The notes beneath the pieces are model-generated. The model searched no databases and was not told the origin of the DNA. It saw only the letters and a list, made by a program, of their open reading frames with translations. DNA of 64,000 bases from an uncultured virus (IMG/VR IMGVR_UViG_3300020189_000007) (lineage: Duplodnaviria; Heunggongvirae; Uroviricota; Caudoviricetes), in IMG/VR virus record IMGVR_UViG_3300020189_000007; one strand, 5' to 3'. The position numbers and the translations under genes are program-made. Shown here one piece after another: positions 58,571 to 64,000 of the stretch. Position 1 is the first letter of the stretch; every line of letters starts with the position of its first letter.

Positions 58571-59656
58571 TTACTTCTGAGTAGCGCGAGCGGCGTTAAC
58601 CAGCTCGACCACCTTCATGCCGATGGCCTGGTTCAGGGGCAGCAGGTTCTTCATGTTCCCTGCCTTCTGAACTCCGGTGAAGACCTGGATGAGGAACTCA
58701 CCACCAACCTCTTCCGCGAACTTGGCAATCCGCTTCACCTGAGCCGGCTTCCAGTTGTTGTCCGCGGCGTGAGCCGTGATCTTCTCAACCACCGAGGCGA
58801 GCTGGCTAGCAGGAGCATCCTTGATGTCTGCAGCCTTGATCTTACCCTCGAGGATGTCTTCAGCGGTGATCTGGAGCTCGTAGTTCTTGACGAAGTCGCG
58901 GAAGGCAATAGCTGCCTCAACTCCGACGAACCCAGTCAGGACGGGGTAGAAGTGAGCCGGAACATCGTTACCAGCCAGCTTCTCCGGTGCCAGACCCATG
59001 TGAACCAGCGAGTCGCTGAGACGGTGCCAGCTGGCCGGAGTCGGGACAACCGTACCGGGCTCAACCGAGGCCGGGTCAACACGCCAGTGCGCAGGCTCCT
59101 GCTTGATGAACTCGACCATGACCTTGTCCACACCAGCACCGGCAGCCCAATCGGTCCAGTCAGCCACTGTGGGCTCAACATCGCAGACCCAGAAGCGGCG
59201 GAGCAGAGCGGGGTCCATCTCGTTGACGTCGTACTCGTTACCGGCGTTGATGGCCGCGATGACCCGGGTTTCCGGGTGGAGTCGGTAGGGGACACCGTCC
59301 TCATCGTTACCGAGCTCACGGTCCAGGACAATCTGGAAGAAGGCCTGCATCACGGTCGGCATGGAGCGGTTAAGCTCGTCCAGCATGATGACACAGGGGC
59401 GGTCACAAGCGGTCTTGAACCAGCTAGGGACCACGAAGGTGGCAACCTTCTTCTCATCGACAGCCCGCATATCCGGCAGACCACCGACCTTCGCCTCATC
59501 CATGGTGGAACCACGGACATCGATGAAGGGCAGACCGAGCTCATCAGCGAAAGCCCGGGCTACGTGAGACTTACCCACACCTGTCGGTCCTCGCATGAGA
59601 ACAGCAATGTTGGCGGGAAGGTTGGGAACGATGGTCTTGATGGTCTTGATGTCCAT
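58571..59656 (-). CDS. MoxR-like AAA+ ATPase
   Basis: GPTGVGKS, LDELNR, AAINAG, MDPALLRRF. Confidence 0.9.
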   Translation of the reverse strand: MDIKTIKTIVPNLPANIAVLMRGPTGVGKSHVARAFADELGLPFIDVRGSTMDEAKVGGLPDMRAVDEKKVATFVVPSWFKTACDRPCVIMLDELNRSMPTVMQAFFQIVLDRELGNDEDGVPYRLHPETRVIAAINAGNEYDVNEMDPALLRRFWVCDVEPTVADWTDWAAGAGVDKVMVEFIKQEPAHWRVDPASVEPGTVVPTPASWHRLSDSLVHMGLAPEKLAGNDVPAHFYPVLTGFVGVEAAIAFRDFVKNYELQITAEDILEGKIKAADIKDAPASQLASVVEKITAHAADNNWKPAQVKRIAKFAEEVGGEFLIQVFTGVQKAGNMKNLLPLNQAIGMKVVELVNAARATQK

Positions 59657-59700
59657 GTGAACTCTCCTTGGTTGGGTTAACGTTGGCGGCCATTCCTTAT

Positions 59701-59747
59701 CCCCACCAACATATAAATAATACCACAGTTCCTATGCTGTTTGCACG
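59701..59747 (-). promoter_or_regulatory. Repeated early-type promoter, copy 2
   Basis: CGTGCAA-N18-TATTAT-ttat-ATGTTGGTGGGG. Confidence 0.8.
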
Positions 59748-59758
59748 ATTGTCAAAAC

Positions 59759-59953
59759 TTATGCAACATTTTTGTCATTCTTTTCGCGCTTACTGTTTTC
59801 ATACCCACGCTCTCGAGCGATCTTGCGTCGGACCATTCGAGAAATAGCTTCTGGATCGACACCACGGAACCAGAGGTCCATAACGTAGTCTCGCATATCT
59901 GGGTCGAGGTGGGGGTTGGGGTTGTTATGACTGTACTTCTTGTTCTTATCCAT
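59759..59953 (-). CDS. Small basic hypothetical protein
   Basis: MDKNKKY start after AAGGAG RBS. Confidence 0.6.
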   Translation of the reverse strand: MDKNKKYSHNNPNPHLDPDMRDYVMDLWFRGVDPEAISRMVRRKIARERGYENSKREKNDKNVA

Positions 59954-59989
59954 CACCGTCTCCTTCGTAATCTTGGTGATCAACTCAAA

Positions 59990-60283
59990 CTAAACGATCG
60001 TTAGCATGTGGAATGGAACATCCCAAACCACACCACTATTGAGATCCTTGACCAATGCCTTCTTGTACTTTACCCTATGAATTGTTCCGTGGATGTCTCC
60101 CTGCTCGCTATGAAAGAACTTCACAGCCTGTCCTTGATACAGCTTGCTCTTTGTCGCTGCCTCTCGTCTCTCCCGCCGAACCAGCATCTCATCTGACAGA
60201 ATCTTGAAAGCGATGTTCAACTCATCATCAGTCAAGACAAGACATCCGGTCTTAAGCGCTTCTACCAAACCATTCATTTTCAT
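59990..60283 (-). CDS. Hypothetical protein with C-terminal SH3-like barrel
   Basis: GQAVKF..GTIHRVKYKKALV..WDVPFHML; the true start may be 60277. Confidence 0.65.
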   Translation of the reverse strand: MKMNGLVEALKTGCLVLTDDELNIAFKILSDEMLVRRERREAATKSKLYQGQAVKFFHSEQGDIHGTIHRVKYKKALVKDLNSGVVWDVPFHMLTIV

Positions 60284-60310
60284 TATACCTCAACTTTGTG
60301 AAATGTACAA
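60282..60310 (-). promoter_or_regulatory. Sigma70-like promoter
   Basis: TTGTAC-N17-TATAAT-gaaa-ATG. Confidence 0.6.
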
Positions 60311-60336
60311 ACTTCTAAGTGGTTGATATCGTTGGC

Positions 60337-61137
60337 TTATTCAGCCGCCGCGGCACAGGACTGAAGGGTGAACATATCGACCATCTGCTGGATGTCCCGA
60401 GCGGCAGCGATCTTGCCCTGTAGCTGCTTGATCTGGAGCTCCATCTTGCTGACGGCATCATCGATTCCCTTCGAGTACTCCTGGTTGGCTGCCATGATCT
60501 CATGGACACCGTGACTCGGTCCGCGGTACACGACTCGGATCGGCGCTTCATCACGCTCACCCCAGCCCGCGTTGATGAATCCCGCACGAGTGCCGGCATC
60601 AAAACCAGCCTTCAGCATCATTTCATACTGCATCCGAGCGTGCTGCTCGCTGTCACCGAAGACCACAACCTCATTGGATTCATGACCAATACGGATGTTG
60701 TAGAGGTTCTTCTTGCTCTTTTCGGCGACCATCTTCCGCACCTGAGTGAACCGTTCGTTCAGTCGGTTGAGACGGCGAGTACTCTGAGCCCCGGCCTTGA
60801 AGAGCTTACGGCTTACAAACACTCTCTCCGTTCCGTCCGCGGAGGGCATATACTGGTGGTAGCCCATACCAGCTGCTTCGATTGTCGTTGAAAGATCAGC
60901 GAGCTCCCACGTACCGATCCCGGCTTTGGCAACCTTGTAGAGCTCAAAGATGTCGTAGCCGAGCTCACCACCCAGCAGTTCATCAGAGACCCAAGTGTCG
61001 GACCACGTATCCGCACGACGATAGTGCTTCTTCCGGAGCTTACCCTTCGGTCCACGTGGGAACCGCTCGGAGAGATCGAAGATCATCGCGGCGTGGGGGT
61101 TTTCCTGCTGGAGGAGTCGGAAGGTCTTGAGGTTCAT
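60337..61137 (-). CDS. Hypothetical protein with C-terminal coiled coil
   Basis: 266 aa; AAGGAG RBS; follows promoter copy 3. Confidence 0.75.
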   Translation of the reverse strand: MNLKTFRLLQQENPHAAMIFDLSERFPRGPKGKLRKKHYRRADTWSDTWVSDELLGGELGYDIFELYKVAKAGIGTWELADLSTTIEAAGMGYHQYMPSADGTERVFVSRKLFKAGAQSTRRLNRLNERFTQVRKMVAEKSKKNLYNIRIGHESNEVVVFGDSEQHARMQYEMMLKAGFDAGTRAGFINAGWGERDEAPIRVVYRGPSHGVHEIMAANQEYSKGIDDAVSKMELQIKQLQGKIAAARDIQQMVDMFTLQSCAAAAE

Positions 61138-61182
61138 GGTGTCTCCTTGTGACGTTTACTGTGGCGGGGGTTCAAACCCTTT

Positions 61183-61229
61183 CCCCACCTTCATTTATAT
61201 AATACCACAGAGGGGGTCACATTTGCACG
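61183..61229 (-). promoter_or_regulatory. Repeated early-type promoter, copy 3
   Basis: CGTGCAA-N18-TATTAT-ataa-ATGAAGGTGGGG. Confidence 0.8.
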
Positions 61230-61283
61230 ATTTTCACGAGTTATTCAAGTTATATTTTTTTATGATCCGAGTAACGCGTGTTT

Positions 61284-61595
61284 TTAGACCCACGTATCGC
61301 TGTGGTTCTTCCAAAGCTTTCGGTAAGTGATCTTGTGGGTCTTTGGCAGAGCCTTCGCACAGTGACTACCGATGAAGGTACCCCACTCAACGGGATCGTT
61401 AGGCAGCTCATGCTCTGGGATCGGAAGGAACTCTGCAAACCCAGGCTCATCACAAGAGCGCCGCACGACCACAGTCGCAGTCTCACGGTTCCGGATCGGT
61501 CGCTGACAACAACCGCACTCCATATCGTAGTCGCGATACCCATAAGAGCGTCGTGGGTTATAAGGTTCGACCTTGATCTTGATTACGTTTTCCAT
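61284..61595 (-). CDS. Putative zinc-binding protein
   Basis: MENVIK start after GGGGG RBS; CGCCQRP...IGSHCAK. Confidence 0.6.
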   Translation of the reverse strand: MENVIKIKVEPYNPRRSYGYRDYDMECGCCQRPIRNRETATVVVRRSCDEPGFAEFLPIPEHELPNDPVEWGTFIGSHCAKALPKTHKITYRKLWKNHSDTWV

Positions 61596-61629
61596 GAGAC
61601 CCCCCAAGTGATTGAAATGATTAAACTTT

Positions 61630-62049
61630 TTAGGCTTCCACGCGCTCGAGCTTCTCAGTCTTGATGAAGACTTCCCGGCCCGTGTCAAGGTCAAGGAGCT
61701 TTGTCCAGCCGCCAGTGGTGTGGTAGTTGAAGTTCTGACGGCATCGAGCTCTGAGGACTCGGTATCCGATACCCTTCTTGAGGTAGGTAATGCCATCATC
61801 ACCCATCAACCGCGGCTCACCCGCATCATCAAAGCACATACCGAACGTGTCTTCACCCGCCGCCTGAGCCTCTGCGATTGCCTTCCGGCGTTCTTCCCGC
61901 ATACGCTCCTTGTCAGCAGCAGTGTAGTAGTACTTGGCGCGGACGGTAGTCTCCGGCACATAGTCCCGTACCGTGTTGTCCCAGCGGTCGCCGAACGCGT
62001 CGTCCCGAACCTTAACGATGTCGCCCTTACCGAATCCTACCTTTGCCAT
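61630..62049 (-). CDS. Hypothetical protein, SH3-like with insertion
   Basis: FGKGDIVKV...GYRVLRAR...GREVFIKTEKLERV; GGAGGT RBS. Confidence 0.7.
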   Translation of the reverse strand: MAKVGFGKGDIVKVRDDAFGDRWDNTVRDYVPETTVRAKYYYTAADKERMREERRKAIAEAQAAGEDTFGMCFDDAGEPRLMGDDGITYLKKGIGYRVLRARCRQNFNYHTTGGWTKLLDLDTGREVFIKTEKLERVEA

Positions 62050-62087
62050 GCTGAACCTCCGTGTTCCTTATTAACCAACCTTGCTTA

Positions 62088-62124
62088 CATTATGATTATA
62101 CCACAGTGGTCAGCCCTTTGCACG
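62088..62124 (-). promoter_or_regulatory. Repeated early-type promoter, copy 4
   Basis: CGTGCAA-N17-TATAAT-cata-ATG, with an A-rich UP-like tract upstream. Confidence 0.8.
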
Positions 62125-62159
62125 AATGTACAAAATTATTTTATTTTTTTGTGATTATT

Positions 62160-62324
62160 TTAGAACGGCATGTCGACATCAAACTCTGGAGGATCGTACT
62201 CTGCATCAAAGCCGTAATGCGGCTCCTCCCAATACTCATCGCCCCAGACAATGATGTCCTCATCGGGGTCTCGGGTCTGCTCCTCGTAACGCTCACGAAT
62301 CAGGTCTGCAATTTCACGCCACAT
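62160..62324 (-). CDS. Very acidic 54-aa protein
   Basis: Manually translated MWREIADLIRERYEEQTRDPDEDIIVWGDEYWEEPHYGFDAEYDPPEFDVDMPF; GGAGAG RBS. Confidence 0.7.
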   Translation of the reverse strand: MWREIADLIRERYEEQTRDPDEDIIVWGDEYWEEPHYGFDAEYDPPEFDVDMPF

Positions 62325-62365
62325 GTGCTCTCCAAGCTGTTGATTTTATTGGCAAAAACAAAGGG

Positions 62366-62519
62366 TGCGGGAGGTGGGATTCGAACCCACAGAAACGGTG
62401 CCTACTCACCCTGCGGCTTTCGATGCGATCCGTGCAGACCCAGTCCGCTCGCCAGGGACGCCCATCCCTGTGCTCTAACTCTCCAGCGTTACCGTGGGCG
62501 CGGCCTTACTGGCTCCCGA
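62366..62519 (-). ncRNA. tRNA-like structured RNA (154 nt)
   Basis: Canonical T-arm GTGGG-TTCGAAT-CCCAC followed by CTCCCG, which pairs with 5' CGGGAG; further stems in between; lies between two CDSs. Confidence 0.65.
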
Positions 62520-62528
62520 ATAGATTCC

Positions 62529-62717
62529 TTAATCAAAGATGGGGTAGTTCTTCCAGAAGCGATCCTGGTTCTTCACCCGTCGGAAAGTCTTCTCGTCGAT
62601 GGTCAGCTTACCGGGCACAATGGCGTTACCCAGCTTCCGTGCCTGAGCCTTCGTATCGGCGTAGCACTGGTTGTATCCACCCTCGTTCCAGTTCCAGCGG
62701 TAAAGGTGCTTTCCCAT
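62529..62717 (-). CDS. Hypothetical protein
   Basis: 62 aa with GGGAG RBS. Confidence 0.7.
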   Translation of the reverse strand: MGKHLYRWNWNEGGYNQCYADTKAQARKLGNAIVPGKLTIDEKTFRRVKNQDRFWKNYPIFD

Positions 62718-62742
62718 TATCTCTCCCTCTCAGTCAGTGTCT

Positions 62743-62979
62743 CTAGAAGTTGGCCCACACAAGCCGAGCGTCAGCGCCCCGGCCCTCGAACCAGAACTTG
62801 AGATCGTCCCACGGTCCCATGGGGACAAGGACCTCGGTCATCCACCGCATCCGGTTCTCGTCGTCGACGTCGCACCACTGCTTTTCAACCCAGGCCACAT
62901 CGGCAATGGTGAGGTCCTCGCGGACAGTGGCCAGAGTCTCGGGTGCCCAGTCCGGGATGGTGACAGTGCCGACCTTCAT
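62743..62979 (-). CDS. Hypothetical acidic, Trp-rich protein
   Basis: 78 aa with AAGGAG RBS, first gene after promoter copy 5. Confidence 0.7.
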   Translation of the reverse strand: MKVGTVTIPDWAPETLATVREDLTIADVAWVEKQWCDVDDENRMRWMTEVLVPMGPWDDLKFWFEGRGADARLVWANF

Positions 62980-63000
62980 TCGCTCTCCTTTGCCGAGTTA

Positions 63001-63048
63001 CCCCGACCAACATCTAGATTATACCATAGAGGGCTGGTACTTTGCACG
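63001..63048 (-). promoter_or_regulatory. Repeated early-type promoter, copy 5
   Basis: CGTGCAA-N18-TATAAT-ctag-ATGTTGGTCGGGG. Confidence 0.8.
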
Positions 63049-63060
63049 ATTATCTGAAGT

Positions 63061-63261
63061 TTATTCACACTCGTCGGTGATCGGGTCAAGGAAGGCGGCA
63101 AGGACCCACACACATGCGTTGTGCCACTCAGGAAACTGGACAAGGACAACGCTCTGCCAGTCGTGCTGCCACTCCTCTGGAACCTCTTCCCGGGTGGGTG
63201 CAGCATTAAGGACAAGACCCGTACCCCAGTTCCAGTGTGCAACGAGATCGCCGGCAAACAT
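63061..63261 (-). CDS. SH3/Tudor-like small protein
   Basis: AGDLVAHWNWGTGLV...VLVQF; GAGGT RBS. Confidence 0.7.
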   Translation of the reverse strand: MFAGDLVAHWNWGTGLVLNAAPTREEVPEEWQHDWQSVVLVQFPEWHNACVWVLAAFLDPITDECE

Positions 63262-63270
63262 GTCTACCTC

Positions 63271-63420
63271 TCAGTCAAGAAATTCCAAGTCATCAATCTC
63301 TACCCACCGGACGAACCCCTCAAACTCGACAAGGACTCGACCGCAGTACATACCGTTGAGCGGCCGGACAATTCCCTCACCCAGCTTGGGGTGCACGGCC
63401 CGCAACTGAACATCAAACAT
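63271..63420 (-). CDS. SH3/Tudor-like 49-aa protein
   Basis: Manually translated MFDVQLRAVHPKLGEGIVRPLNGMYCGRVLVEFEGFVRWVEIDDLEFLD; GGAGGT RBS. Confidence 0.7.
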   Translation of the reverse strand: MFDVQLRAVHPKLGEGIVRPLNGMYCGRVLVEFEGFVRWVEIDDLEFLD

Positions 63421-63508
63421 GGACACCTCCAATCAAGAGCTTAACAACACACATGATGATGACGCCCTTCAACAGCGCGCCAATGATGATATCGGTATTT
63501 GTCTTCAT
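63413..63508 (-). CDS. 31-aa hydrophobic peptide
   Basis: MKTNTDIIIGALLKGVIIMCVVKLLIGGVHV; GAGGT RBS. Confidence 0.5.
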   Translation of the reverse strand: MKTNTDIIIGALLKGVIIMCVVKLLIGGVHV

Positions 63509-63516
63509 GGTCAACC

Positions 63517-63747
63517 TCAGAAGCGCTTGACAGCGTCAAGGGGAGCGCGCTCACCGGTACCCGCGAACAGGAGCTGGGTGGTCATGCCGTCGGCGTCGAC
63601 ATACTCAAGCTCGGTCATGGTCAGGAACGCTCCGTCACGGATGATCTGGAAGCGCTGTTCCTCGACAGCGCAACCCATAATGGCCAGGTCCCGGCGGGTG
63701 TCGCCGAGCTGGGCGGCGAAAGCGGTGTTGTATTCGGCGGTGGGCAT
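63517..63747 (-). CDS. Hypothetical protein
   Basis: MPTAEYN start after AAGGAG, downstream of promoter copy 6. Confidence 0.7.
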   Translation of the reverse strand: MPTAEYNTAFAAQLGDTRRDLAIMGCAVEEQRFQIIRDGAFLTMTELEYVDADGMTTQLLFAGTGERAPLDAVKRF

Positions 63748-63791
63748 GCGGTCTCCTTTGTTGGTCTTTGGTTCCGGATGATCCGGGTCTA

Positions 63792-63839
63792 CCCCGACCA
63801 ACATCAATATTATACCACAAACCGCCGGCGCTTTGCACG
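63792..63839 (-). promoter_or_regulatory. Repeated early-type promoter, copy 6
   Basis: CGTGCAA-N18-TATAAT-attg-ATGTTGGTCGGGG, with an A-tract upstream. Confidence 0.8.
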
Positions 63840-63860
63840 CTTTTTTCTCTTTTTTTTGTT

Positions 63861-63944
63861 TTATGCCGTGACAACAATCGCGAAGACGATAAACGCCAGC
63901 ACCGCAGCAATGCCGATGACTTCTGTGACGTCGATACCTCTCAT
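63861..63944 (-). CDS. 27-aa transmembrane peptide
   Basis: MRGIDVTEVIGIAAVLAFIVFAIVVTA; GGAGGTG RBS. Confidence 0.6.
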   Translation of the reverse strand: MRGIDVTEVIGIAAVLAFIVFAIVVTA

Positions 63945-63966
63945 ACACACCTCCCTAGAAGATTAC

Positions 63967-64000
63967 AAAAAAAAGCCGGCGACCCGTAATGAGCCGCCGG
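63967..64000 (-). terminator. Intrinsic terminator (at the window edge)
   Basis: CCGGCG...CGCCGG stem followed by T8 on the minus strand. Confidence 0.65.

Noticed and set aside
57243..59680. Long plus-strand ORFs (332 aa and 303 aa)
   Set aside because: Antisense to the clear DUF2201-vWA and MoxR genes; expected from high GC3 codon bias.
62366..62455. Standard tRNA-Leu/Ser
   Set aside because: No matching 5' acceptor strand or D-arm at normal distance; the complement lies 154 nt away, so it is reported as a tRNA-like RNA.
62061..62801. 246-aa plus-strand ORF
   Set aside because: Runs antisense across a promoter, two RBS-bearing CDSs and the tRNA-like RNA.
58222..63839. Repeats as a CRISPR array or attC-like cassette sites
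   Set aside because: Copies are 0.8-1.5 kb apart, non-palindromic, and have -35/-10 geometry with a variable spacer.
1..64000. Stop-codon reassignment
   Set aside because: Standard-code ORFs tile the window densely with intact full-length enzymes, and TAA, TAG and TGA all end genes.

Overview
Gene-dense, almost entirely minus-strand segment of a large tailed-phage genome (myovirus-like, standard genetic code). Functional calls come from motif recognition only; no database searches were run. Layout: (1) 1-10.9 kb baseplate/spike module plus a T4 gp55-like sigma factor; (2) 10.9-27.8 kb, a 17-kb glycan cluster with Gmd, a ColD-type His-for-Lys PLP enzyme, Fcl/ColC, GT11, GT10, two sulfotransferases and GT2/GT4 enzymes; (3) an AT-rich repeat spacer, then two large tail-fibre-like genes; (4) 35-49 kb auxiliary genes (PIN-PhoH, stand-alone sigma region 4, Hc1-like protein, degenerate GroEL-like protein, yeaH-spoVR-prkA trio, Nudix, DinG, eukaryote-type PMM, lipoprotein protease); (5) 49-53 kb small proteins sharing an MKITxxQLRxII.E leader; (6) 54-55.6 kb tandem SH3/Tudor-like paralogues; (7) a non-coding A/T-tract plus GGGGCC-repeat junction near 55.9-56.1 kb; (8) a GC-rich, early-type region with six copies of a CGTGCAA-N17/18-TATWAT-N4-ATG promoter, a MoxR/DUF2201-vWA pair, tiny ORFs and a 154-nt tRNA-like RNA. 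The strongest candidates for new biology are a possible sulfated colitose/fucose virion-glycosylation system with a candidate [ST]-[GAS]-S target motif, the head-targeting leader cargo system, and the tRNA-like RNA.
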